Below, piece by piece: positions 32,578-43,583 of a DNA stretch of 44,588 nt. The DNA lies in the NCBI GenBank assembly GCA_013416795.1, contig RQSC01000010.1, positions 40,935 through 85,522 of the forward strand. The letters are read 5' to 3'. Source of the stretch: Prasinococcaceae sp. CCMP 1430. Its lineage: Eukaryota; Plantae; Prasinodermophyta. Positions within the stretch are counted from its first letter, which is position 1. Each line of letters begins with the position of its first letter. The position numbers were made by a program, and so were the translations under genes. The notes beneath the pieces are model-generated. The model was not told the DNA's origin. It searched no databases and saw only the letters and a list, made by a program, of their open reading frames with translations.

Positions 32578-32942
32578 GTGCCTGTAGGAGGTGGCGGGCC
32601 TCCCTGTGCGCGCTGAACGGCACTCGAGCGTCGCGCACCTCTAAGTCCGTAACATGTATGCCAAAGCTGTTGTACGATCGTGGCGTGCGCGAACTCGCGC
32701 GTGCGTCAGCGACTCCTGGTCCTCTTTCCACCGCATGCTACAGTATCGAGTATGAACACAACATGATTTGTACATGTACTACAAGTGAGGTACGGTGCGG
32801 TGCGGTGAGGTCAAGTGCGATGAGGTGAGCGCCGGCTGCCTGAACGCAAAATATCAGGGCCAGTCGCTCAGCTCACAGAAATATATCGTGCGGCGTCGCT
32901 CAGCTCATCGCGGTGGGGCCCGCGGCCGACACGCAGGGCCAC

Positions 32943-34445
32943 TCACACGACAGCACTGGGCTCGCGAGCGTAAGGCGCCCATCGAGCGCTCGACCTCGCC
33001 AGTCGCCTCACGGCTCGCAACTCTGTGATGACTTCGTCAATGCTGGGCCGCTGCCCCGGGTCGCTGCTCAGACAGCGCCGCGCGAGGCGGTGGACGGCGT
33101 GGCGAGCCGGTTCACCAAGCAGACGGTCCTCGCCGAGCTCAGGCAGTCGAGCGCCGTCGAGAGCCACGCGCATGATCACTTGCACACTGGTGAGGCCCTT
33201 CCACGGAAGTTCACAGCTGAGCAGCTCCCACAGCAACACGCCGAAGGCATAGATGTCGCCCTTGCCGCTCACTGCAGCCTTGGAGCCTTCGCCCCCAGCG
33301 CCAGCCCGCATGATCTCCGGTGCTGTCCACGCGGCGGTCCCAACGCTCGCCGTGTGGTGGCCTTCGCATCGAGACATGCCGAAGTCGATCAGGCGTGGAT
33401 CCCCGCGCTCATCAATGAGGACGTTGGCGCTGGAGAGGTCCCGGTGCACAATCCCCACGCCCTTCAGGTGTTCCAGGGCCGACGCAATCCCAGTCGCCGC
33501 TCGAAGGAGCTGCCGCAGCGGCAGCGGCTTGCCCTGCCGGCTCGCGAGGTGGCGCTGCAGGGTCGTCCGCACGCGCTCGAGCACGAGCGCCGGGGGCTGA
33601 GACGTCAGGCCAATAAGGCGCGCAATGTTGGGGTGTCGGGAGGCGCACGCTGCTGCATGTGCTCTGGCCTCGGCCTTGAAGCTCTCAGCCTGCACGTCGC
33701 AATGCGGCAAAATGGGCCGCTTGAGCGCGACTTTGATGGAACGCCCGCTGCGTGGTAGCGCGAGGGCAGCGCTGTAGACATCACCGAACGCGCCTCCACC
33801 CAGACGAGTGCCGACGGAGAGCGCTTCCCAGGGGATTGCTCGAGGCACGTAGCGTGGCTGTTCGGCTGTGGCGCTGCCGCGCCGGAGAAGTGGCTGCGCA
33901 CGTTCCTGCGCGTGCCTCCACTCGCACTCTGGTGGTGGCAGCGAACGCATCGCGTCCACATCGCTGGCTGCCTTCGGCAGCCCTTGCCGCAGGGCCACAG
34001 GCGGATCCGTCGCGTCCAGGAGCGCCAGCGAAAGCACGGTGCATTCGTGAGCCGCCTCGAGGTCGACGCTCTCGTGTTGACGCCGCGCCGGGATGGTCAT
34101 CTGTCGCAGCGCCTCGAGTGCGGCGGTGGCGCTGGCGTGCACGTCTGCGCCCGCCCCTCCACGCGCCCGCGCGGGTGCAGCCTTCCACAGGAGCGTGTCG
34201 TGCGCGCCGGGCCGCGCATCGGACGCGCTCTCATCCTCGTTCGAGCCACCCACGAGCACGGACTCGAACTTCGCCTTGCCACTGCCCGGCTGGTGTTTGA
34301 TGCGCAACTTGAGCTTGCTCTTCGGCCGGAGCCGCGTCCTCGCCGCGACACCGGCGCCGCCGCCGTTGCTGCCCCCACCGCCGCCGCTGCCCGCCCCCCC
34401 GCCGCCACCGAGCGACAGCGGCGGCGGCGCGCCTCCGCCCGCCAC
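32943..34445 (-). CDS. TKL/Raf-like protein kinase; 5' end uncertain (possible exon up to ~34585)
   Basis: LGGGAFGDVY, VALKR, HPNI, HRDLSSANVL, DFG, GTAAWTAPE and DIYAFGVLLWEL. Confidence 0.9.
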   Translation of the reverse strand: MAGGGAPPPLSLGGGGGAGSGGGGGSNGGGAGVAARTRLRPKSKLKLRIKHQPGSGKAKFESVLVGGSNEDESASDARPGAHDTLLWKAAPARARGGAGADVHASATAALEALRQMTIPARRQHESVDLEAAHECTVLSLALLDATDPPVALRQGLPKAASDVDAMRSLPPPECEWRHAQERAQPLLRRGSATAEQPRYVPRAIPWEALSVGTRLGGGAFGDVYSAALALPRSGRSIKVALKRPILPHCDVQAESFKAEARAHAAACASRHPNIARLIGLTSQPPALVLERVRTTLQRHLASRQGKPLPLRQLLRAATGIASALEHLKGVGIVHRDLSSANVLIDERGDPRLIDFGMSRCEGHHTASVGTAAWTAPEIMRAGAGGEGSKAAVSGKGDIYAFGVLLWELLSCELPWKGLTSVQVIMRVALDGARLPELGEDRLLGEPARHAVHRLARRCLSSDPGQRPSIDEVITELRAVRRLARSSARWAPYAREPSAVV

Positions 34446-34834
34446 TGCCGCCCCACCTGTAAGCGCCTCCCCGCGCCTCGGGGGGAGGCGGTGTCCCCCG
34501 TCAGTCCTCTCATCGTCACCGCGCGGAAGCTTCCGATCGTGGCGCCCGCATGGCGCCCCGTTGGCGGCATCTCCAAGGGCATCTTGAAACTAGTCACTAA
34601 CCCTGATTATCCACGGCACCCAAAACACATACCCGAACTCTCCATCGACGAGCGCGCGCGCGCCCGGGCGAGTTCGAACTGACCCATCGATTTAACCCTG
34701 AATACTCACAACCCCAAATATCGGGTACCGGCCCGAACTCTTCGGAAGCGCGCGAGTGCGCTGGCGAGCGCGCCGGCCTGCGCGGTCGGTTCGGCGGCGG
34801 CGACAGTCGCCGGCCACTGGAGCACCAAGCGCGA

Positions 34835-35875
34835 GTGAAGCGTGTGGCCGGCCCACACAGCGCGCGGGGGGTGTGGGTGTGGGTGTGGGGATGCGCGGCG
34901 CGTGCATGTGCGTGTGTCAGCACGTCAAAGGCAGTGGTCAGCCCGCCTGCTCTGTGTACTGGTGCCGCCGCAGCATCTAGCCAGCCCTGCGGTCGCCCAG
35001 CGGCCGCCTCGCAGCGTGCGCTCGCCCGCGGGTGCGCTGCTGCTGCGGCGGTGGCACACACGCCCGTGCGCAGGGCCTTCTGTGTGCTCGGCACCGGCCA
35101 CGCCAACACCTACATCGACAAACACTACGGGCAATACGTCGACCTGTTCGAACGACTCCTTCGAGCGCATCCAGGCGATGCAGGCGCAGAGGCCGAGGTG
35201 TGGCACAAATTCGACTGCACCAAAGGAGAATTTCCCTCACGCGAAGCGGAGATGGAATACGACGGCTACGTGCTCACTGGCTCCAGCTTTGATGCGCACG
35301 GGCCGGAGGTGTGGATCGAGCAGCTGCGACAGTATGTCCGCAGGCTCCACGCTGCGGGCGACAAACGCATCCTGGGGGTCTGCTTCGGCCACCAGCTGAT
35401 CGCAAACGCCCTCGGCGGCGTCTCCGGGCCTGCCGCAGAGATCGGGTGGCAGCTAGGCGTGCGCGAGGTCTTCCCGACGGACGCAATGCGATCCGCGTGG
35501 TACGCAAGAGAACTGCTGGAGGGCATCGAGTCCTTTACAATAAACCAGATGCACAGGGACCAGGTGCTCCGACTCCCTGCCGTCGATGGCGTGCAGCTGC
35601 TGGCCTCCTCCAAGCACACGCCGGTGGAAGCGTACTCGGTGGGACACAATATCTTGTGCGTGCAAGGCCACCCCGAGCTCAATAACGACATGGTGCGCAG
35701 CGTCGTGGCCGACCGCGTGGGGTCCGGCCGCGTGCCGCCTGCCAGCGGAGAGTGGGCGATGTGCACCATGCAGCTGGCCGAGCCAGACAAGGACCTAGTC
35801 ACGCGTGTGCTGCGGCGCTTCCTGCGAGGCTCGCCCGAGGCACAAGCGCCGCCCTCCAGCACATCCAGCCCGTAG
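34835..35875 (+). CDS. Class I glutamine amidotransferase-like (gamma-glutamyl peptidase GGP-like); start uncertain
   Basis: YDGYVLTGS, nucleophile LGVCFGHQ, HRDQV and QGHPE triad. Confidence 0.88.
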   Translation: MKRVAGPHSARGVWVWVWGCAARACACVSTSKAVVSPPALCTGAAAASSQPCGRPAAASQRALARGCAAAAAVAHTPVRRAFCVLGTGHANTYIDKHYGQYVDLFERLLRAHPGDAGAEAEVWHKFDCTKGEFPSREAEMEYDGYVLTGSSFDAHGPEVWIEQLRQYVRRLHAAGDKRILGVCFGHQLIANALGGVSGPAAEIGWQLGVREVFPTDAMRSAWYARELLEGIESFTINQMHRDQVLRLPAVDGVQLLASSKHTPVEAYSVGHNILCVQGHPELNNDMVRSVVADRVGSGRVPPASGEWAMCTMQLAEPDKDLVTRVLRRFLRGSPEAQAPPSSTSSP

Positions 35876-35910
35876 ACCGCCATGGCAGTGCTATGATTTG
35901 ATCGCGATAG

Positions 35911-37440
35911 TTACAACTCTCCGGCCCCACGCTGGTGGCCGCTGGCCGTATCATCCTGGAGCCCAGTGCGATCCTCGTCCGAGACGAGCGAGAGTTTGAG
36001 GGAGGGCATTGCGTGGATGATGCTCTGTCGCCTGCCGAGGACCGGCGCACCCTCTGTGCGCTGCTGGCCAGAGTGCGCGCTGCCCGGTGTGACCGCACTG
36101 TGGGGAGGCTGCCGCCGCAGATCTGCGGCCCGCCCGGGCGGCAGGGCGAGGTGCTCGGCGTTGGGATTGGTGAGGCGCAGCGCCCTTCCTTGCCGATCCC
36201 ACGTGCGCTCGAGGCGCCTCTCGGCCGCGCGGCGCGCCCCCACATCGGGGACAAGCTTGCCGTGCGAGGGCCCACACGCGCGCCAGCGCCGGTCGTACCT
36301 CGCCGCGCGCTCGTATCGGCCCGCGTGGCGGTACAAAGTGGCCAGAGCGCACAACACTTCGCCGGTCTTGGGGTGGCGCTCGCCAATCTTGCGGGCCCGC
36401 AGCGCGTGCGCCCTCTGCAGCGCACTTTCAGCCGTGCCTACGTCACCGCTCTTGATCGCCGCCTGTCCTTGTTGCAGCAGCGCGGCCGCGGTGGCGTCGT
36501 GCGAGGTGCCGAAGGTGGCCTCCGCCAGCGCCACGAGCCTAGCGTGCATCAGGGTCGTCTCCTTGGCCCCAGGGGCGTGCAAGGAGCAGACAAGCGCCAG
36601 CTCCTGCAGTACCCGCAAGCGTAGCACCTTCATTTTGTCCCTCTGGCCCCCATCGGGGCCGTATTTATCTTCGAGGAGCTTGAGAGCGCGGCGGAGAGGC
36701 ATCTCCGCCGTCGCCGATTTTCGCTGTCGCAGCTGTGCTTGCGCCAGCCGGTACAACAGTGCTGGCAGCACGCTGTGGCCCTGTGTCTCGCCTACGCACA
36801 CGCTCAGCATCTGCCGCAGGTAAAACTCCGCCTGGGCGTATTTGCCGTCGTCGAAGGCGCCGCGCGCGAGACGCTCACGATCTTTGAACCATCGCTGGAA
36901 GGACTCGGTCACAGGCGCATCGTCGTGCAGCGGCGCACGGTGCGGCTCCGCTCCCCCCTGGCCGTTGGGCTGTTGCGAGACTTCGAATGCACCCACCGTG
37001 CCCGTGTCCTCCGCCTGTACTCGTAGGAAGATCGGCACTGGCTCGGGTAGCTGCTCTGCTACGCTTCTGCGCTCGAGAAACGAGCGCTTGCCCGTGTCGA
37101 CCGCCAGCGAGAGTGCAGCTGCTGCTTGGTCGCGTGCCTCCGCGCGCTTGCTGCGTTTCACAACATCGAGAGACCGCTGCCGGGCGAGCAGGCCCTTGCC
37201 CTCTCCGGCACCCCCGAGGACGCAGCTGCTTGTCTCGGCCCGCCCGCCCTCCACCACTCGTGCGGCCAGCCTGTCGAGGTGTGGCGTCGCATGCTCGCGC
37301 GTCGGTGGCATGCCCGTCGCCCGCTCGCGCTCGGCGCGCCATCGTGCGATGGACGCAAGCCCGCCCGGCGCGTTGTCCTCGGTGTCGAAGGGCGCCGCTT
37401 TGGGCAGGTGCTCGTCGTAGAGGGACCCGCTCTGCACCAT
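35911..37440 (-). CDS. TPR protein (kinesin light chain-like repeats); possible further 5' exon
   Basis: Repeats such as YAQAEFYLRQML, AEMPLRRALKLLEDKYG, AESALQRAHALRARKIGERHPKTGEVLCALATLY. Confidence 0.7.
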   Translation of the reverse strand: MVQSGSLYDEHLPKAAPFDTEDNAPGGLASIARWRAERERATGMPPTREHATPHLDRLAARVVEGGRAETSSCVLGGAGEGKGLLARQRSLDVVKRSKRAEARDQAAAALSLAVDTGKRSFLERRSVAEQLPEPVPIFLRVQAEDTGTVGAFEVSQQPNGQGGAEPHRAPLHDDAPVTESFQRWFKDRERLARGAFDDGKYAQAEFYLRQMLSVCVGETQGHSVLPALLYRLAQAQLRQRKSATAEMPLRRALKLLEDKYGPDGGQRDKMKVLRLRVLQELALVCSLHAPGAKETTLMHARLVALAEATFGTSHDATAAALLQQGQAAIKSGDVGTAESALQRAHALRARKIGERHPKTGEVLCALATLYRHAGRYERAARYDRRWRACGPSHGKLVPDVGARRAAERRLERTWDRQGRALRLTNPNAEHLALPPGRAADLRRQPPHSAVTPGSAHSGQQRTEGAPVLGRRQSIIHAMPSLKLSLVSDEDRTGLQDDTASGHQRGAGEL

Positions 37441-38502
37441 CGCCACCTGCTCCACGCAGCTGCCTCAACAAGGGTGCCTTGGCCCTTTCCCCCTCACGTC
37501 TGGCCCCCGGCGAGCACAGCAAGCGCGCACCGGCCGCGTCGATGACGACTGCGGCGGCGTGCCTGTCTACAATAGAGAAGAAGGGCCGCTGCTGCTACGC
37601 CGCCGCCACCTCCGCTGCCCCCCCCGCCGCCGGCGCGCGCGTGCACGGCGTACGCGTTGGAAAGCCCGCGCAGCACGCCTTCGGGCAGGGGCGCGCGCGC
37701 CGCCCCGTAGCTCAGCGCAACGGCTGCCGTGCCGCCCCCGCCTGCGATGACCTCGGCGGGCGCGCCGTACGCAGCGCGGAACGCGCCGCGTTTCACCGCT
37801 GCCATCGCTCTCCCTTTCTCCCTCGTGCGCGTGCGCGGGGCCCGGGCCGGGGCGCGCGCACGTCGCCGCCGACGGCACCAACTCCCCCCCCCCCCCCCCC
37901 CCCCCCCACCCACCCACGCGCTGGCCTCGCGCCCCCCGCGCGCTCTGTGGGACGCTCGCGCCAACAGTCGGAACAAGCAAGAGGAAAGAAACGCAATGAA
38001 ACACTCACAAACACTGAAATTCACCTAAGAGACACGACAATTTGTCTCCATTGTGCGCATCGGAAACATCACGATACACTCACAAACATTCAAATGCATA
38101 TCACTTGGAACTGATTCAACTACTGTAGTGACTAGTACCAGCATAGGTTCCTACTACCACTGTGTGTGCACGAGTGCGGGCGTGAGCGCACCCGCGTGGG
38201 GCATGTGGGGCGCGGAGGGCATCACACGCAGCGCGAGCGACAGACAGAGGGCGAAAGGGGGGGAGGGAGGTGGATTGATGCGCCGCGCCGCGCCGGTCGC
38301 GGTCGCACCCGCCGGCAGCGCCGGCGCTGGCCCTCGCATGGGCGCGTCCGCCGCGCACGCAGTCGCTCCTCACCAACGCCGTTGACGCCGTGCAGGCGCG
38401 CCCGCAGCACGTGCCGCGAGACCCCGTGGATGCCCGCCCGCCACGCGCTGGCGCCGAGGCGGCGCGTGTGCACGTGCTCGTGCTGAGGCGGGAGTCCAGG
38501 CG

Positions 38503-39317
38503 GTGTTGTCGTCCCCATGCGAATATGAGCCGCTGGAGGTGCCGACATGGTTTGTGTTCGCAACGTCGGGAGCGCACGCAGCCGTGTACGCTGGCGCCGG
38601 CTGGCTCCTTCACGCTGTCGGAGCACTGCAGAGCTGGCACACTCTTGTCGCATCCTCGGCTGTGGTGAGCGTCCTCGGCGTGCTCGTGCACGTGCTCGGG
38701 CACTGCAAATTTGCGGGTCCGTGGTATCGCCTACATACCCTCGGCCACCACGTCGTCGTGCGACCACCGAGGCGGTTCCTCTCGCTCGAGGCGAGCGCCG
38801 AGGAGCGCGCGCTCGAGGCAGAATTAGGAATGGACGAGCGCGTCGCCTACATTTGGTTGATCCCGTTCGCGTCTGCCCTTGCGTACACGTTGGGGCTCGA
38901 AAGCTCGCCGCTGGGCGTGGCCATCGCTGGCCTGTGGACGGGGCTCGTGCTGAAGGGCGCTGACTACCTCCACCACCACTTCCACCTCATGGATTCGCCT
39001 TTGGAGCGTCACTCGTGGTTTCTCATGCTCCGCTCGCTACATTTCTTCCATCACAGTGAGCGCGCGTTCATGACGAACTTCGCAATCGCGGACTTCGGTA
39101 CGGCCTGCGCGCGCGCCGCGCCCGTGCGCACGCTTCCACCTCTCCCGTGCAGTGCTCATTTGCTCACCTCGCTCGCCTTGCATGCCGGCCTTTGCTCGCC
39201 CACGTTCTGTCCCCTCGCTCGCCCGCCTATGCAGGTCTCGAGTATCTCGTAGGCCTCGTCACGACGCAGTCGCGAGCGAGTAGACGGCGCGGCGCGCGAG
39301 GACCTGCCCAAGAGTGA
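38503..39317 (+). CDS. Fatty acid hydroxylase / sterol desaturase superfamily; intron ~39098-39233; 5' end uncertain
   Basis: Four His boxes (HVLGH, HTLGHH, YLHHHFH, HFFHH) with TM segments. The spliced end reads NFAIADFGLEYLVG. Confidence 0.75.
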
Positions 39318-39439
39318 CGGATTGTGCTTATTACTGTACTGTATTACTTCGCATGTAGATTTTGTACGACAGTGTCAATGGCTGCCTCCAACCGAGAATA
39401 GTACTGGAAGAGAGCGAGCGCGGCGACCAGGCTGCTTCC

Positions 39440-41453
39440 TCACAGGATGAGTGAGTACAACACGCCGTCCTCAGAACCAAAGATGAGCCTGTTGTCCTCC
39501 GTGAGCATGGCCGGGGCGGTGATTGCGCCGTTGGTTGGAAATGCCCACAGTACCTTCCCGGTGTCCTCTTCGAGCGCGTACATGGAGCGGTCCTCCGATC
39601 CGACGAAAACGATGCCGCCAGCGTAGACTGGGGTGGCAGACACGCCCGCAGCCACGTTGGCTCGCATGTCGGCGCCGCCGCACACGAGCGAGGGCCGCAT
39701 GCCAAGGCGTCTGTCGAGGCGCGCATCGGAGCCGCCCTTAGACATGGGCGGGCACACGCCCTCATGCTGCAGGAACGACATGAGCGACGCCCCTGTAATG
39801 TCGCCGCTTGCCGCATAGCTCAGCTGTGGGCGATCTCGCAAAGGGAGCTCGTCGACTGTGGCTTTCGGCGAATACGTCTCTGCCGCCCCATCGTCTACCG
39901 CGTCAATCTCGTCGACGTCCACATTGACGTCCCCCATGCCCATGTCAACGTATCCCTCGGGTGGCACCTTCCCATCGGCCCCCTCAAGTAGACTACTGTC
40001 ACGCACGAGTGTGCGATTCCATACGAGCTGGCCGTCCTCCATGCGCACCGCATAGAGCTGCCTGTCGGTCGAAACGATGAAGGCGCTCGTCTCGTTGGCA
40101 TTCAGGGCGGGCGAGCTGGTCACACCCCCGCCCGTTCGAAAGCGCCATGCAAGCCCCCCGTCAGTCGCGTTCAGGCAGTACAGAAAGCCGTCGAAGCTAC
40201 CGAAGATGGCGTGTCCTGACTCTGACAGTGTCACGGAGGAGTGCACCGCGCCGCCTGTGCTGAAGCTCCACACCTTTTCACCCCTGGCCGCATCGAGCGC
40301 GTACATGGTGCCGTCCAGTGCCCCCACATACAGCATTCCCGCGCCACTCATGCCGTCGGCGCTATCATTTACGGCGAGCGCAGGCGACGCAGTGACCGGC
40401 GATTTCGTCGCGAACATCCATTTGATAGAGCCCGCGGCGCCGCCCGAGCCCGTTGCACTGTTCAGAGCATACACGTGTCCATCGGTTGCCCCGAGGTATA
40501 GGACGCCGTTGGACGCTATCACCGGCGAGCTCACGAGGGGCTCATTTGAGTGCAGGACCCAGCGGCCGCCTAGGTGCAGCCCGCCGCGCGCGAATCTGTA
40601 GCGGAAGGTGCCGTGCGTGGCTGAGATGGCGTGGCACTCGCCGTCGGTCGACGGTGCAAAGACTCCGTCGTCCGTACCAATCCTGTTGCCAACGACGGGG
40701 GTCCCAAGCACTGCGCCGCTCGTGTGGTAGCGCCACACCACGGCGCCGGTGCTTGCGTTGACGGCGTACACGTATTGGTCTCGCGAGCCGACGAAGATCA
40801 TGCCGCCGGTGTCCAGCGGGCCCTGCACTGGGCCGGAGGCGAAGCCACCCTGGGATTCCTCCATTGTCCACTGCACGACTGGAGTGCGCCGCCCACGGCG
40901 CCCCTGCCACGCGGGACCCGCGTGCGCGTGCATGAGCGCGCGCGCGCGCGCGGCAGCAGCGACATCACGAGGAGCATTTCGTCAGCACGTGCCCATAAGA
41001 GGCCGCGGCCATGCCAGGGGCAAACACGGCGCGCGACCGCGCTACGCGACACAGCCGGGCAGCGCTAGGAGCGTAGAGCGCGCGCACCAGATAGCCGGGG
41101 TCGAAGACATCCTGGCGGCCTTTGTGCATGACGCCGCCACCAAACATGGGCCACGCCGTGGCCGCTGGCCCAGGGTAGGCCGGTGGCGGCAGTTTGCTGT
41201 ATTCGGGCGACCCCCCCGTGATGTCCTCCGCGTCGCCCCTGGCCGCGGCGCGTGCAGCGGCGAGAAAGCCATCCTCGCCGTCGAAAGCCGTGGCCCACTG
41301 CGACACGCCCGCCGCTCCCGGCGTCGGGGTGCCTGGCGTCGCGGGCAGCGTGTGGTAGTCCGAGTACGGCAGCGAGCTCGCCGTGCCGCGCGGCACGTCG
41401 TCCGACGACGTCGGGTACGCGCGCGCCCCCACCGCGAACGCCGCGAGCGCCAC
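39440..41453 (-). CDS. PQQ-like (BamB/AfsK-type) beta-propeller repeat protein, probably secreted; intron ~41087-40906; start uncertain
   Basis: WPMFGG lead-in and repeated VGSxDxxxYAxDAxTGxxxWxF blades. Hydrophobic N-terminus LVALAAFAVGARA. Confidence 0.8.
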
Positions 41454-41752
41454 CAGCGCGCCGCGCTCGCCCGCCGGGTCCCGCCCCGCGCGCCCTCATC
41501 GCCGCCGCCACGGCGCACCAGCCATGCCGCGGCGCCGCGCGCGGCGCTCGCACTGGCTGGCTGGCTGGCGCACACGCACAGGCGGGTGGCGCACCTGCCG
41601 TGATTCGAATCAAACTGAATGTGCGCTGCTCGGCGCCGGGGAACCGCGCGCGCGCGCGTGCGCGCGTGCACCCTCGCATTTCATACAAATTCGGACACAA
41701 TGGAAAGAATGCTACTGTACAGTGTTCGTGTGCGCGGCGCGAGGGGGGACGC

Positions 41753-42820
41753 TCAGCTGTTGCGGTGCGCGCCCGGGGACGACACGCGCATGGCGAGCAG
41801 GCGCTTCTCGTTGCAGCACACGAGCGTCCTGTAGTCGTCCTCCGCAAACACCAGGTTGGACACCCCGCCCGCGACCACGAGCGTCCCGATGTGGGCGCAC
41901 GACGGGTCCGCGTCGGGGTCGTACACGCGCACCCCGTCGCCGCAGCCTACGAACAGTGCTCCCGACACATCGCACTTGATGCCGTCGGGAACGCCGTCAT
42001 CGACCGTGGCCACGAGCGTCGGCTCCAGCAGCGCGCCGCGCTCGCCAACGCCGCATCGGTAGATCGCTCGCGGCGCGCCCTCGTCAACAGTGCCATCTCC
42101 GACGGCGAATGCTGTGTCGGTCACGTACACCGTCTGTCCGTCTGGGGATGCACAGCAACCGTTCGGCTGCGAGAAGCAATCTGCCGCAATGGACACAACG
42201 CCGGTGGCTGCGTCGAGGTAGTACACGCGCGCGGGGGCGGCGCCGTCCTCGCCGTCTCCTGGCCATCGAAATTTCTGCCGGAACCCGTACTGCGGATCGG
42301 TGAACCACCACCCGCTGCCGTCATTGGTGGGGCATACGTCGTTGGGCGAATTGAAGTGGCATCTGCTGCTCGCAGGCGTGCCCACGCTGCCGTTCGCCTG
42401 CTCGCCGCAATCTCCGACGCTAGAGAGGTTGCACGGCAGCCTATCGACGAGCGGCGAGTGCTGACCAGTTCCTACGTCCACGTGCGCGAGGCCTCCACCG
42501 TTGTCGCCCTGGCCTTGGTAGCACACGACGGCGTCCCCACTGCCGCTCCCACAGGCGCCGTTGGCCATTGGCAGCTCGCCGGGCGGCATCACGGCGCGGA
42601 CCTCACCGGTTGAGAGGTGCACCGCGGACATCTCCACCCGCTGCGTAAGAGCGCCCGCGCTCTCGTCGGCGCGCTCCAGGCGGTTGCTCGTGACAAACAC
42701 CTCTCCCGTGCGGGGAATCCACACGGGCCCTTCATGGGCGAACGGCCAGTCCCGCGTTGCGACCACGCGGCCGCGTGCGTCGGGCGCGCCGCGCCCGCCG
42801 CGGCTCTCGGCGGCCACCGC
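41753..42820 (-). CDS. SMP-30/gluconolactonase (SGL) family lactonase, 5' part in gap
   Basis: HEGPVW, ANG, FNSPND, WFTDP, PNG..SPDG..VYVTDT and PDGIKCD, with Ca-ligand E/N/D positions present. Confidence 0.88.
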   Translation of the reverse strand, partial: AVAAESRGGRGAPDARGRVVATRDWPFAHEGPVWIPRTGEVFVTSNRLERADESAGALTQRVEMSAVHLSTGEVRAVMPPGELPMANGACGSGSGDAVVCYQGQGDNGGGLAHVDVGTGQHSPLVDRLPCNLSSVGDCGEQANGSVGTPASSRCHFNSPNDVCPTNDGSGWWFTDPQYGFRQKFRWPGDGEDGAAPARVYYLDAATGVVSIAADCFSQPNGCCASPDGQTVYVTDTAFAVGDGTVDEGAPRAIYRCGVGERGALLEPTLVATVDDGVPDGIKCDVSGALFVGCGDGVRVYDPDADPSCAHIGTLVVAGGVSNLVFAEDDYRTLVCCNEKRLLAMRVSSPGAHRNS

Positions 42821-43583
42821 NNNNNNNNNNNNNNNNNNNNNNNNNNNNNNNNNNNNNNNNNNNNNNNNNNNNNNNNNNNNNNNNNNNNNNNNNNNNNNNN
42901 NNNNNNNNNNNNNNNNNNNNNNNNNNNNNNNNNNNNNNNNNNNNNNNNNNNNNNNNNNNNNNNNNNNNNNNNNNNNNNNNNNNNNNNNNNNNNNNNNNNN
43001 NNNNNNNNNNNNNNNNNNNNNNNNNNNNNNNNNNNNNNNNNNNNNNNNNNNNNNNNNNNNNNNNNNNNNNNNNNNNNNNNNNNNNNNNNNNNNNNNNNNN
43101 NNNNNNNNNNNNNNNNNNNNNNNNNNNNNNNNNNNNNNNNNNNNNNNNNNNNNNNNNNNNNNNNNNNNNNNNNNNNNNNNNNNNNNNNNNNNNNNNNNNN
43201 NNNNNNNNNNNNNNNNNNNNNNNNNNNNNNNNNNNNNNNNNNNNNNNNNNNNNNNNNNNNNNNNNNNNNNNNNNNNNNNNNNNNNNNNNNNNNNNNNNNN
43301 NNNNNNNNNNNNNNNNNNNNNNNNNNNNNNNNNNNNNNNNNNNNNNNNNNNNNNNNNNNNNNNNNNNNNNNNNNNNNNNNNNNNNNNNNNNNNNNNNNNN
43401 NNNNNNNNNNNNNNNNNNNNNNNNNNNNNNNNNNNNNNNNNNNNNNNNNNNNNNNNNNNNNNNNNNNNNNNNNNNNNNNNNNNNNNNNNNNNNNNNNNNN
43501 NNNNNNNNNNNNNNNNNNNNNNNNNNNNNNNNNNNNNNNNNNNNNNNNNNNNNNNNNNNNNNNNNNNNNNNNNNNNNNNNNNN
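42821..43583. other. Assembly gap (763 N)
   Basis: Run of N. Confidence 0.95.

Noticed and set aside
32785-32912. GCGGT/GAGGT pentamer run and a doubled GTCGCTCAGCTCA
   Set aside because: Short low-complexity repeats in a convergent 3' UTR region, with no further structure.
38029-38048. GAGACA-N8-TGTCTC as a paired auxin-response element
   Set aside because: A single 6-bp pair is expected by chance, and there is no evidence of an ARF system here.
2532-42613. Many long overlapping or antisense ORFs (e.g. 2532-3788, 5282-6517, 14694-15722, 27761-29230, 41252-42613)
   Set aside because: Shadow frames of real genes in very GC-rich DNA, with no recognisable motifs.
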